In this document: piece by piece, positions 48,213 to 57,574 of the stretch
Numbering within the stretch: position 1 is the stretch's first letter
Layout of the letters: each line of letters starts with the position of its first letter
Assembly: GCA_039934415.1 (NCBI GenBank)
Contig: JBDTME010000003.1
Span: 11,821 to 75,820, forward strand
DNA from: Patescibacteria group bacterium
Lineage (GTDB): Bacteria; Patescibacteriota; Microgenomatia; UBA1400; PJMF01
Length of the DNA stretch: 64,000 bases
Direction of reading: 5' to 3'
Made by a program: the position numbers and the translations under genes
The notes under the pieces: generated by a model
The model's input: the letters and a program-made list of their open reading frames with translations, nothing else
Database searches by the model: none
Told to the model about the DNA's origin: nothing

Positions 48213-49313
48213 TTAGCCGTTGCAAGAAAAAATTACGACACCGCCGTTATTCACGCCGTTCAGCGTCAACGGACCCATCGCCTGCCAAACGCCGTAACCG
48301 CCGGCGGTGCTGTCAATGGTCAACGGGCTAACACCTTGCGGTGCGCCCTTCGAACCCCAGTCGCGCCAGAAAACGGCGATCTGGGTGTCGGTGATGGTGA
48401 CAGTGCTGTCGTCGTTAGACAAGTAACGGCTGTCGTGCGTGGAATTTTCGCCCTTGAATGCGTCCATGAATTGGACCGCGTCTTCAGGGGAAAGACCAGC
48501 AATGTCGGTGACCAACACGTTGAATTCAGCACAGGCGGAACCGCCGCCCTGACCAAGCATTTCGGGTGTCTGGACGTAGGTCAACGCGACCCAACGCCCT
48601 CCGTCAACGGCGTCAAAGCTGATTGACAAGCCAGGAGCAACGGACCAGACGCCCCATTGTCCTGAAACTGCAACGCGCTCAGCGTTAGCCGGCACGTTAC
48701 TGCCTTTGTGAAAGTCGGTCCAAAAAATCGCAGGACCAACGATGGTGACGTTATCACCTTTATTCCAGCCGCCAACGGACCCTGGGAAATTCCCCTGACC
48801 GCTTTTTAGATCGAAACGAGTGTTCAACCACCCCAAGCTTTCGCCCACGGGGTCATTTGTTTCTGCTGTTGCCAACGCCTCAAAGTACGAGGCGAAATCG
48901 AACACCAGCACTTGTCCATCAACATCCAGTGTGGGCAGCGTGGTCGGTTGAGCATTCCACTCACGGCTTTCGCCGTCCCATAACTGAACGTACAAACCCG
49001 AGGCGCCTAGCCCCCAAACTTGCCCTTCAGGGACGACGACGATCTCGACCAGCTTGATAACATCACCGACGTTAAGATCGCCGGCGTCGTTTGATTCGGG
49101 GTCCGCAAAGTTGCGGATGTTCACGTTGTAGGTGATGACCCACTCTCCAGCCAATTCGGGCCACGTTTCCGTGGTAGATAAGGTTGTCCCATCCACAACT
49201 TTTGACCCATCGGGGGTCGGGGTTGAGTTTGCGCCGTCGCGCGCTGAAACAGTTGTAACCAGTGTCATCGCCACCATGGCGACCAAGACTAACAAACTGC
49301 GGAACTTGTACAT
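48213..49313 (-). CDS. Secreted hypothetical protein (366 aa) encoded in a GC-rich (about 52-55%) segment
   Basis: Signal peptide MYKFRSLLVLVAMVAMTLVTTVSA. W/G/D-rich beta-type sequence. Local GC clearly exceeds that of the flanking genes (read by eye). Confidence 0.7.
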   Translation of the reverse strand: MYKFRSLLVLVAMVAMTLVTTVSARDGANSTPTPDGSKVVDGTTLSTTETWPELAGEWVITYNVNIRNFADPESNDAGDLNVGDVIKLVEIVVVPEGQVWGLGASGLYVQLWDGESREWNAQPTTLPTLDVDGQVLVFDFASYFEALATAETNDPVGESLGWLNTRFDLKSGQGNFPGSVGGWNKGDNVTIVGPAIFWTDFHKGSNVPANAERVAVSGQWGVWSVAPGLSISFDAVDGGRWVALTYVQTPEMLGQGGGSACAEFNVLVTDIAGLSPEDAVQFMDAFKGENSTHDSRYLSNDDSTVTITDTQIAVFWRDWGSKGAPQGVSPLTIDSTAGGYGVWQAMGPLTLNGVNNGGVVIFSCNG

Positions 49314-49589
49314 GTGTACACCTCGATAGATAGAATTTACGATTCTGCCATTTCATTCCCTTTCGGGTGGGCGACAAACCGATCTAGGGTGCTGTTTCTC
49401 TTAAGCATCCCACATCGGTTTGTCGGTCCTGAAAATGGTATTCGTAACTATCTTGGAGGAACTTTTTTTTTCGTCGAGTCGAGGGAAAGGAGAATGAGAT
49501 TTTTGTTGACTTTTTCCCTCATTCTGAGTTATAATTTCTGTATTAAACTCTCGGCCCGTAGTTCATATACTACACTTGCGGAGAGTTTT

Positions 49590-50006
49590 TTATTTCCAGG
49601 GAAAAACTGACAAGAATTGCAGACTCTTACCTGTATCTTTTATCTGTAGAACAAAGACATTTTTCTTAGTTGTGAGTCCATAAAAGCGATACAATATTTC
49701 ACTAGATTTATTAGGATTTATTTTTTGACTAGGAACTAGAGTAGTATTTTTTATCAGTTCAATTGCGCAACTGACTAATTTCAGTCTTACCAACCTTTGT
49801 TTTTTTGGTTTTTGAAAAATATGATCCCAAAAGTAATCAAAAAAAACTTTTCTTTTCCTAAAGTATCTGGATCGGATACTCATCTTTCTTTTTGTTTTTC
49901 CTTTTAAGATTAAGAAAAACTGATCGACCTCTTTTTTTACTTCTTCATAACTACTACCACTTAATAATAAACTTTTTACTTTCCAATACTGTATTTCATC
50001 TCTCAT
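49590..50006 (-). CDS. Lys-rich hypothetical protein in an AT-rich spacer between the two GC-rich genes
   Basis: 138-aa ORF, very AT-rich, basic. No motif recognised. May be spurious. Confidence 0.3.
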   Translation of the reverse strand: MRDEIQYWKVKSLLLSGSSYEEVKKEVDQFFLILKGKTKRKMSIRSRYFRKRKVFFDYFWDHIFQKPKKQRLVRLKLVSCAIELIKNTTLVPSQKINPNKSSEILYRFYGLTTKKNVFVLQIKDTGKSLQFLSVFPWK

Positions 50007-50459
50007 GTAAGTATTCTAAAGGGGGCTTCTTACAAGAAGATGACATTCCAATTCTGCCTCTTCCTAGACTCGACGAATTATTCTCATTTTTTAAATGAGA
50101 TTTTTCCTGTATGCCTTGTTAAAGATCTCTCCTGCGTGAAGCGGCGGAGAGCAAGCTCTCTTATGCCTTACGCTGGAGTAATAAGTATCGAGTAAGACAA
50201 GAAACCACGCAAAGTGGCACATGCCTTACTTGATGCCGGTATTTTAGCATAAAAAGACACAAAATGCAATGCTATGGGACTAAATATGGTAGATTAGAGT
50301 AATTGAGTTGTTAGGAAAAAAGAGGAATGTGGAACTTATGTTAAGGTGGTTTTCCTTAAACCTTCGAGTATCAACTCCAAGGTTAAAGGAAAAGGGCGAC
50401 CTCGTGAGTCGCCCTTTGTGACAAAGTCATATGTTTTGGCCTTTCGGCCTATTAAATTT

Positions 50460-51368
50460 TTATCCACGCCTAAACGGCGTGGATGTTGTTGTTGCCGTCG
50501 GCACCTGTGAAGGCGCCATGACGGTTGGCACTACCAGTGTCCCGACCTCCCGGGTGGGAGTCGGGTCCTCTGGTGTTGATGTTGCCGTGGCGCGTTCTGG
50601 AACGTTTGTGAAGTCGCAGATATCTGAAGTAATCCACCACTGTCCGAATCCGCTAAGATTTTTACCAGCAACCAGGATTTTAATCCACCTCCCACTTTTC
50701 TCAACTGGGATGATCTGGCTGCCTGCCATAATTTTGATATCGGACGCTGGTGCATTTATTCCCAGATGAACCACCGCGTCTTTGTTCAAAGTGCACGCGG
50801 TTGATGGTACTTGCGTCGGCACCTGTGAAGGCGCGACTGTTGTGACGACAATTACCGGATTTGGCGTTTCTGTTGCAAAAACGCTTGTACCACCATTGAA
50901 CATCGCGGTCACTGTAGCATTTGCTTCGTCCATCACTTTAGTTGTTTCCGCTTGCGCGGTCCCAACTACACTGTTTGCCTGGGCATTGACCTCAGTTTGC
51001 TGCGCTGACTGTGTCGCAAAATCAACTGTCGCTTGGAGGGCGACAATTGTCGCATCCTCCGAATTGAAAGTTGCTGTAGCTGTCGGTTGCAGCGGGATGG
51101 CGGTCATTGTTGCGACCGCACCCTGTGCTGCCTGAGCCTGCTCTTCGGGAGTAAGGGGCTTAATCTGGCTGATTGCCAGAAAAAAACCACTACCTACCAA
51201 AGCTACAAACACAATCGCCAAAATCCTTTTCCAGTTCCAGTTTAGGCGACGTGGGCGGCTGCTAACCGCAACCGGTGTGCGGCGCGAGGGAGTGACATCG
51301 GCTTCACCTTCTTCGTGTTCGACAACATCTTTTTCGTACATTCTGTCGAGTTGCGGTAACTTGGACAT
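50460..51368 (-). CDS. Type-II membrane-anchored protein with an Ala/Thr/Gln-rich ectodomain and a bacterial SH3-like segment, also GC-rich
   Basis: Start placed at MSKLPQ, which has an AGGAGA Shine-Dalgarno sequence; the ORF extends to 51419. TM helix ILAIVFVALVGSGFFLAI. SH3b-like SGRWIKILVAGKNLSGFGQWWITSD. A hairpin (GGGCGAC...GTCGCCC) lies downstream at 50388-50420. Confidence 0.6.
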   Translation of the reverse strand: MSKLPQLDRMYEKDVVEHEEGEADVTPSRRTPVAVSSRPRRLNWNWKRILAIVFVALVGSGFFLAISQIKPLTPEEQAQAAQGAVATMTAIPLQPTATATFNSEDATIVALQATVDFATQSAQQTEVNAQANSVVGTAQAETTKVMDEANATVTAMFNGGTSVFATETPNPVIVVTTVAPSQVPTQVPSTACTLNKDAVVHLGINAPASDIKIMAGSQIIPVEKSGRWIKILVAGKNLSGFGQWWITSDICDFTNVPERATATSTPEDPTPTREVGTLVVPTVMAPSQVPTATTTSTPFRRG

Positions 51369-51894
51369 CTTGATACTCTCCTGAGTTTTTGGGAGCGGAA
51401 TGCTCCCATAAGCGAACAAATTGATTCGCAGCCGTTTCCCTTTTTCAGGGGGTCCGGCTGACCGAGCATCATACTATCTATATATAAATATGATCGTCGG
51501 TCAGTCGAACGTTGAAACGGTGCTTACTCATGTAGGAGAATCGCGATGCACAACAATAGAACACAAAACTAGTTTGTTATAAACATATGACTTGTTAATG
51601 TTCGTCTACGCTTTTGCCTTGGCTTTCGTAATGAAAGAAAGGGTGAAACGCGGACAATATTTTCTGCAAGAGTGTCGCTGTTTGAGGACAAGTCCTCATG
51701 AGCGACAGGTTTCAAGCAGAGAAGTGGGTCGAAGTCTTCGGCCAATTTCTCTACTGGCATGCGTTTACAGATTAACTTTTTAAGGGGTTTATTATACCAC
51801 AAAAAGCCGCCAATTTCAAGTTATAGGATAGTTACCTGGCCTTTTGGTCTGTCTCTATTTCTGGTTTTATTAGGCATTAAGCGCTTCAGAACCA

Positions 51895-51925
51895 AAAACC
51901 CCTCCAATTTGGAGGGGTCTATAAA
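51895..51925 (-). terminator. Rho-independent terminator after the 51964-52254 gene (minus strand)
   Basis: Minus-strand read: CCCCTCCAAATTGGAGGGG followed by GTTTTTGG. Confidence 0.5.
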
Positions 51926-51963
51926 TCGATGTAAAAATGCTCAAACGAGCACTTTTTGAACTC

Positions 51964-52254
51964 TTAGGCGTTGACCTTTGAATAGGTGTATCCAGCGGCT
52001 GAGAGAACGAACAAGGCTGCGACTGCAAACACGATGTTGTCACCTAAACCAGCGGCAATTGGAGGATGAACCTTCTCAACTGGGACATTTTTACAGGTTT
52101 GTTGTCCATACGCACCAGTTGTACACTCTTCTCGAGTGACTGGGGTAGGAGTAGGTGTTGCTGAAGCTCCATCTGCAAAAGCAGTGGTAGCACTCAGGAA
52201 CAAGGCAACTAAACTGATCCCTGTAGCAATGACTGTTTTATAGGTTGTATTCAT
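51964..52254 (-). CDS. Small secreted protein with a C-terminal hydrophobic anchor (possible sorting signal)
   Basis: Start placed at MNTTYK; the ORF extends to 52353. Signal peptide, PTPTP linker, then C-terminal GLGDNIVFAVAALFVLSAAGYTYSKVNA. Confidence 0.45.
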   Translation of the reverse strand: MNTTYKTVIATGISLVALFLSATTAFADGASATPTPTPVTREECTTGAYGQQTCKNVPVEKVHPPIAAGLGDNIVFAVAALFVLSAAGYTYSKVNA

Positions 52255-52398
52255 ACTTTTCCCTTCGCCGTTAGCGAGGCATGCTTTGCTGCGACTGATT
52301 CGTGTAATACCGTTTGTTTGGCAGCTAAAGTGATGGGAGGATTGTAACACCAAAAAAACATTCTGTCAACAGTTATGGGATAGTCTGAGGTGAGCGGG

Positions 52399-53742
52399 TT
52401 ATTTGAGCTGGATGCCGTAAATGTTGACTGGGCTGGCAGCGGGCTGATTAAAAGAGGTCATAATCAGCAGCTTGTTTCCATTTGACCAAGGGTAGACGAA
52501 CGAAGGGACAAATGGGCCGGAATACACAGTGATCTCATTGGTTGCGTCGTACTCCAAAATCGAGATGTTATTCGGTTGGATGCGGATGAGGTGTTTAGAG
52601 TCGGGATACCACTGGAAACTCCCTGAGAAAAGGCCAGAGTGATACACGCGGAAGTTCTGAGCGAGTTGGGCACTATCACTTGCCTGAAGATGCTTGAATG
52701 CATTTGGATTATCTTCGAGTGCTATCGGGTCTCGATACAAGTCTGTCGCCAAGAGCTGTTTGCTGACAGAGGGGATGACCCCTGGTGCAGCAATCAAGAA
52801 GTTTCGGTCTTCTTTTCGATCATACACATACGCATTTCCAGGCTTGAGCAAGCGTTCCTCGGGTTGAGAACTCGCGGCGGGTTGTGGGGGCAACAAGCCA
52901 GCACTGATCTGGGCTGAAGCGGTTGCAATATAGAGCATTTTCTCTTGATCTGGTGAGAAATAAACGTTCGTAGCACTTGAGGTGGCAATCTGAACTATCT
53001 CTGGTGGGAATTTTGTCAAAATCTGTCGTTCTTTGAGATACATTTCCTCTTCCCAGCTCGAGTATGTGCTTTTTGCCCTCAAACTGACGTCGCTCATAGT
53101 ATCGAGGTTATTGAGCTTAGTGATATCAAGGAGCAAGTGTGTGCTGCCATTTGTCACCATCAGCTCATAACTATCTGGTGACCAGATTAGGCTTGCTTTG
53201 CTCAGGTCAATATATTTACTATTGGTTGAAATTTGGTGGGAACCGCGTTGCAGAGAGAGTGGACTGGTATCACTTAAATCGACCAGATAAAGACCATTTT
53301 TGGCTTCAGCAGAGGCGGACGCCGTGAAATATACCAGTTTTTGACCATCTGGAGCCGGAACAACATTTTGAACACCCGTGAAGGTAATCGGGCTCAAAGA
53401 GGGAACGGATGGGAAAAGTAGTGCATCTGTCTGGGTGACGAGCTCTTTTTCGATTCTCAGATTTTTCTGCCAAGTGCTGTATCCGTCTTTACGAATTTCT
53501 ATTTGGTAATCTCCAGGATCGAGGTTAAGTTTGTCATCAGTGGCTGTTGTGAGTTTGCCATTAATAAAGACTTGTGCGGCAGTAGGAAAGGAGTTGGCGT
53601 CGAGTAAACCTGTCTCGCGGAGAGTGCCACCAGAAGTGGGGCGTTGACCTTTAGCATATCGAATCGCAAATAGAGTCCCAACGATGATCACAGCCGCGGA
53701 AAAAAAGGTAAAAGCAACTCGTGTATTAACGCGTTTGGGCAT
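52399..53742 (-). CDS. Membrane-anchored PEGA-domain protein with a TolB-like (PD40) beta-propeller region
   Basis: N-terminal TM helix. PEGA-like AQVFINGKLTTATDDKLNLDPGDYQIEIRKDGYSTWQKNLRIEKE. Repeated PD40-like blades (GQKLVYFTASA.., SPDSYELMV.., YFSPDQEKMLYIATA..). Confidence 0.6.
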   Translation of the reverse strand: MPKRVNTRVAFTFFSAAVIIVGTLFAIRYAKGQRPTSGGTLRETGLLDANSFPTAAQVFINGKLTTATDDKLNLDPGDYQIEIRKDGYSTWQKNLRIEKELVTQTDALLFPSVPSLSPITFTGVQNVVPAPDGQKLVYFTASASAEAKNGLYLVDLSDTSPLSLQRGSHQISTNSKYIDLSKASLIWSPDSYELMVTNGSTHLLLDITKLNNLDTMSDVSLRAKSTYSSWEEEMYLKERQILTKFPPEIVQIATSSATNVYFSPDQEKMLYIATASAQISAGLLPPQPAASSQPEERLLKPGNAYVYDRKEDRNFLIAAPGVIPSVSKQLLATDLYRDPIALEDNPNAFKHLQASDSAQLAQNFRVYHSGLFSGSFQWYPDSKHLIRIQPNNISILEYDATNEITVYSGPFVPSFVYPWSNGNKLLIMTSFNQPAASPVNIYGIQLK

Positions 53743-53807
53743 GCACGAATTATACCTTTTTTCTGAGTGACAATCGACTAGTATTTAAAATATTTCAGAA
53801 TCAGATA

Positions 53808-54875
53808 TTGTATACTCCAAGTATGATTCGATATATTGTCCCCAAGATAAAACAAGTTCAGCGGTTATTTGATACATCTCTTGGTCTGGATTTGGGCACG
53901 AGTTTTCTGCGAGTCTGGCAAAGCAGTGGCGTCATCCAAAGTTTTCCGCACATCTTGGCCGTTGATCGCAATCAGCAGAAAGTGATCGCTTTTGGTCAAG
54001 AGGCCAAAGAGATGGTGGGAAAAGTTCCTGAGCACATCGCTATTTTGCAACCATTTCAGCGTGGGGTTATCTCACTGTTTACCGTTAGCAAAAGTTTGTA
54101 TCAATATTTATTTCACCGTTTTTTGGGCAAGTTTTTTTTGTTCAAACCGTTGATCATGGCCAGTGTCGCTTCAGATGCCACGCCGATCGAGCGGCAGGCA
54201 GTATCAGAAGCACTATTTGCTGCGGGTGCTCGCCAAGTGTATCTCATTGATTCACCACTCGCTGCAGCGATTGGTGCTGGTATTCCAGTTGCGCAATCGA
54301 ATGGCAATATTGTCGTCCACATCGGGGCTGGCATGACTGAAATTGCAGTGATTTCATTGGGAAGTATTGTGATGATGAAAAGCATCCGTATGGGAGGGAA
54401 TGATTTTGATCGGGTAATTGCTCATCAAATCCGTAAAAATTACGGGGTCTCGATTAGTTTAGATACTGCTCAGTACATTAAAGAGAACTTGCTCGACTTG
54501 CGACGATCACAACTCAAAAAAACGATTCAGATTAAAGCAAAAGATTTGGTAACCGGTCATCCTAAGGAACTACTTGTTGAAGCGGATAAAGTCCTGTCAT
54601 CACTAGAAAAACCACTCAAGTCCATCACCCAAGCCCTCCAAGAATTTTTAGAAGAAATTCCAGCGGAACTCGCCAGTGACGTAATCGACAAAGGTGTCAT
54701 TTTGACAGGTGGAGGAGCAAAGTTACTAGGTTTCGATTTTTGTTTGACCCAAGTGATTGGCGTGCCCGTATCTCTGAGTGAGCATGCTGAACTCTGCGTC
54801 ATTCATGGCATCGAGTTGGCACTTCAACACTTAGATCTGTATAAACAATCATTGGCGTTTGAAAGCATGGGGTAG
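53808..54875 (+). CDS. mreB: Rod-shape-determining actin homolog MreB (divergent)
   Basis: LGLDLGTSFLRV (phosphate-1), QPFQRGVISLF, ASDATPIERQAVSEALFAAGARQVYLIDSPLAAAIGAGIPV, VVHIGAGMTEIAVISLGSIVMMKSIRMGGNDFDRVIAHQIRKNYG. These are collinear with E. coli MreB. Confidence 0.85.
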   Translation: MYTPSMIRYIVPKIKQVQRLFDTSLGLDLGTSFLRVWQSSGVIQSFPHILAVDRNQQKVIAFGQEAKEMVGKVPEHIAILQPFQRGVISLFTVSKSLYQYLFHRFLGKFFLFKPLIMASVASDATPIERQAVSEALFAAGARQVYLIDSPLAAAIGAGIPVAQSNGNIVVHIGAGMTEIAVISLGSIVMMKSIRMGGNDFDRVIAHQIRKNYGVSISLDTAQYIKENLLDLRRSQLKKTIQIKAKDLVTGHPKELLVEADKVLSSLEKPLKSITQALQEFLEEIPAELASDVIDKGVILTGGGAKLLGFDFCLTQVIGVPVSLSEHAELCVIHGIELALQHLDLYKQSLAFESMG

Positions 54876-54940
54876 GAGAGGGAGTAGTTTTCTCGTTGCA
54901 GATTTCGTGTGCTTTCAGGTTCGCTGTATAATCTCCACAG

Positions 54941-55720
54941 ATGAAAAAATTCGAACCTATTTCCTATTTCCATCAAACACTTTTTGAGTTGCCATTTTTC
55001 GCGACGACTAAACAAGACGCGGTTTTATTCATTCAGAAATCAATAGGTGATGGTGATTTCTTAGCAATTGCGACTCCAAATCCTGAGCAGATTGTTCAGG
55101 CTTCCCAAGATCCTGAATTTAAAACAGCACTCACCAAGTTTGATCTATTTCTACCGGATGGTCAGGGGATTGTGTGGGCGTCAAAAATATTACGTCGGCC
55201 TTTATCAGAAAGAATTGCCGGTGTAGATGTCGTAGAAGAGTTGGTAAAAGAGATGGAGCAAAAAAAACAAACTGGGCTTATTGTGGGAGGGAGAGGATAT
55301 CAAGAAAGTATTTCAGCTGGTCAACCTTTAAAAGAAAAATGTGTTGAGATTACGGTTGGAGACACCAAACTTACTTGGTTCCGAGATTTTAACCGTGACG
55401 AAGTTGCCGATTCCCAGGATGTTTTGACTTGCGTTCAGAAAAATAAACCGACGTTTGTGTTTGTAGCGCTTGGTGCACCGTACCAAGAAGAGTGGGTATC
55501 TCAACATCGTGAGGCTTTGCAGAAAGCCGGTGTAAAGTGCGTAATGGTCGTAGGCGGAGCGTTTGATGTATTGACCGGTAAAGTTCAGCGAGCACCTGAT
55601 TTGATCCAACACATTGGCTTTGAGTGGGGCTGGCGACTGCTTCAACAACCTTGGCGATGGAGAAGACAACTGCGACTCATTGAATTTGTGAAATTAGTAC
55701 TTCAGCAAGTGGATAAATAA
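54941..55720 (+). CDS. WecB/TagA/CpsF-family glycosyltransferase
   Basis: DLFLPDGQGIVWASKIL...PTFVFVALGAPYQEEWV...VVGGAFDVLTGKVQRAPDLIQHIGFEWGWRLLQQPWRW matches the family's conserved C-terminal blocks. Confidence 0.85.
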   Translation: MKKFEPISYFHQTLFELPFFATTKQDAVLFIQKSIGDGDFLAIATPNPEQIVQASQDPEFKTALTKFDLFLPDGQGIVWASKILRRPLSERIAGVDVVEELVKEMEQKKQTGLIVGGRGYQESISAGQPLKEKCVEITVGDTKLTWFRDFNRDEVADSQDVLTCVQKNKPTFVFVALGAPYQEEWVSQHREALQKAGVKCVMVVGGAFDVLTGKVQRAPDLIQHIGFEWGWRLLQQPWRWRRQLRLIEFVKLVLQQVDK

Positions 55721-55728
55721 GCCTAATC

Positions 55729-55977
55729 TTACTCGTTATCTTCTTCTGTGATTCCTAGAAGCCAGAGGACGGCTTCTTTTTTGTAGCGGCGATCACCGCG
55801 TGAGTTGATGCGAATGGCTTGGAGTTTGCCTCGTTTGCCCCAGCGTTTGATGGTGAGAGGAGAGACGCGCAATAGTTCAGCAACTTCTCGGACAGTGAGT
55901 AAATCTGGCAAGTTTTTAATGTCGAGATTCATCGATGGTTTTTTGGCTTTAGGAGTGTCTGAGATAACTGAGGTCAT
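55729..55977 (-). CDS. Excisionase/AlpA-family helix-turn-helix DNA-binding protein
   Basis: LLTVREVAELLRVSPLTIKRWGKRGKLQAIRINSRGDRRYKKEAV fits the Xis/MerR-like HTH_17 pattern. Convergent with the TagA-like gene. Confidence 0.6.
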   Translation of the reverse strand: MTSVISDTPKAKKPSMNLDIKNLPDLLTVREVAELLRVSPLTIKRWGKRGKLQAIRINSRGDRRYKKEAVLWLLGITEEDNE

Positions 55978-56096
55978 GATGTCCTTCTTCGGTTTATTTC
56001 TGTTGCTATGTGATTCTAATTCGTCCTAAGAGTAGCAGAGTGAGCGAAAGTATGTCAATGGTCTGTTCGGCACAATTTTCACAGTTGTTTCTATTA

Positions 56097-56178
56097 CACT
56101 GTAAAAATAGCCTAAATTTAGCCAATAAATTAGGCTAATTCTAGTCCAATCCTAGTACACTTTTATAAGTGAGCGAGG
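56097..56178. repeat. Copy A of a structured noncoding element of about 80 nt (terminal CACTGTAAAA...AGTGAGCG arms, internal TAGCCTAA / TTAGGCTA palindromes)
   Basis: Sequence-level similarity to 63250-63328, read directly. Followed by the bidirectional terminator at 56213-56245. Confidence 0.5.
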
Positions 56179-56212
56179 AATTAGTGACTAAAAAAGTAAT
56201 GCCAAGACTGAA

Positions 56213-56245
56213 CCAAAAACTCCCACTTTCGTGGGAGTTTTTATA
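56213..56245. terminator. Bidirectional rho-independent terminator; ends rplL transcription on the minus strand and would end a plus-strand transcript containing repeat copy A
   Basis: AAAAACTCCCAC-tttc-GTGGGAGTTTTT, with A-rich and T-rich flanks on both sides of the stem. Confidence 0.6.
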
Positions 56246-56262
56246 TTCGAATTAAAAAAGAA

Positions 56263-56664
56263 TTACTTTAATTCAACGGTTGCACCTGCTTCTTCGAGGA
56301 CTTTCTTTGCTTTCTCAGCGTCTTCTTTCTTAGCGTTTTCTAAGACAGTTTGAGGAGCTTTCTCGACGAATGCTTTGGCTTCAGCGAGTCCGAGTTCTGG
56401 TTTCAGGGTTCGAACTGCTTTGATGGCACCAATTTTGTTGGATCCACCGGAAGTCATAACGACGTTGAACTCAGTTTTCTCTTCTACTGGGGCTGCAGCA
56501 CCTGCGGCTGGCATAGCACCCATCATCATTGGAGCAGCTGCGCTGACACCAAATTCATCTTCAAGAGCTTTAACGAGCTCTGAGACTTCGAGTAACGAGA
56601 GTTCTTTGACGCCGTCCACTAATTTTTGAACTTTAGCGGACAAAGTTTTTGCATCATCTGCCAT
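56263..56664 (-). CDS. rplL: 50S ribosomal protein L7/L12
   Basis: MADDAKTLSAKVQKLVDGVKELSLLEVSELVKALEDEFGV...GAIKAVRTLKPELGLAEAKAFVE, 133 aa. Confidence 0.95.
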   Translation of the reverse strand: MADDAKTLSAKVQKLVDGVKELSLLEVSELVKALEDEFGVSAAAPMMMGAMPAAGAAAPVEEKTEFNVVMTSGGSNKIGAIKAVRTLKPELGLAEAKAFVEKAPQTVLENAKKEDAEKAKKVLEEAGATVELK

Positions 56665-56781
56665 ATTGTCTCCTTTTTAGTTTCTAAATTTTAGATACTA
56701 AATAATTTATTAATTGATAATCCTTTTAAATTTACTTTGTTGAACAGTTCATCTCTCGATCTGAATGTTCAACTTAACTAA

Positions 56782-57306
56782 TTACTCAGTCTTTTTTGCA
56801 ATCGCACTTAAGGCATACACCAAGTTGCGTGGACCAGCTTGCAAGACGTTGACGAGGCCGTATGAAGGTCCTTGCAACCGATTGATCAACATACTGATCA
56901 ATTCTTGCTTACTTGGTAGCTTACTCAAGGTTTCTACTTCTGACTCGGTCAGCACTTTACCGTCCATGAATCCTTTTTTGACGGTCAGTTTGTCACTCGT
57001 TTTGTGAAACTCCATCAAGGCTTTGAGTGGAGTAATGGCATCCTCAAAAGCGAGGAGCAGTCCATTCATACCTGAAAAAGAGTCTTTGAGTTCTTCTTTC
57101 TTTCCAAAAGCGATGTGCATCAAGCTGTTTTTAGCGACGAAAAATTGGCCACCGGCAGTTTTCACTGTATCGAGTAAGGTAGTCTTTTCTTTAACGGTCA
57201 ATTTCGAGTAATCAACGATAATCGCTGATTTAGCTCTCTCGAGCTTCTCTTTGAGATCTTTGACGTCTACTTGTTTCTTTTTGGCTGGTTGAACGGCACC
57301 TGACAT
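56782..57306 (-). CDS. rplJ: 50S ribosomal protein L10
   Basis: Directly upstream of rplL in the canonical order. Length 174 aa. L10-like N-terminal domain and C-terminal L12-binding helix (...LKALMEFHKTSDKLTVKKGFMDGKVL...). Confidence 0.85.
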   Translation of the reverse strand: MSGAVQPAKKKQVDVKDLKEKLERAKSAIIVDYSKLTVKEKTTLLDTVKTAGGQFFVAKNSLMHIAFGKKEELKDSFSGMNGLLLAFEDAITPLKALMEFHKTSDKLTVKKGFMDGKVLTESEVETLSKLPSKQELISMLINRLQGPSYGLVNVLQAGPRNLVYALSAIAKKTE

Positions 57307-57574
57307 AAATAGTTATGAGTTATTAGGTTTTATCCTAGACCTTACAACACATACTCCCTTTAAATTAATTTTTTTAGTCTTTTGAAATCCAAATTCTTGA
57401 GGGAAAAATGAAGAAGAGGGTAGTTACAAGTTCTTATGACTTATAACTTATCACTTACAACTTAAGTTTCCTCGGGGTGACCTCTGTTTTGTCTTACAAA
57501 ACCGCACCCTGTCTTTGGATAAGCTGAAATTATAACAGGGATCTGTGCTGTTGCAAGTCCAGATGTGCAATTAT
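57307..57574 (-). promoter_or_regulatory. Putative rplJ leader (L10-L12 autoregulatory leader region)
   Basis: A 268-nt untranslated spacer between rplA and rplJ, the position where the L10 leader occurs in other bacteria. Structure not verified. Confidence 0.3.

Noticed and set aside
48135-49057. 163-aa and 66-aa plus-strand ORFs opposite the GC-rich secreted-protein gene
   Set aside because: High GC suppresses stop codons, and the translations are Arg/Ala-rich without structure. The minus-strand gene has a signal peptide and a clean start.
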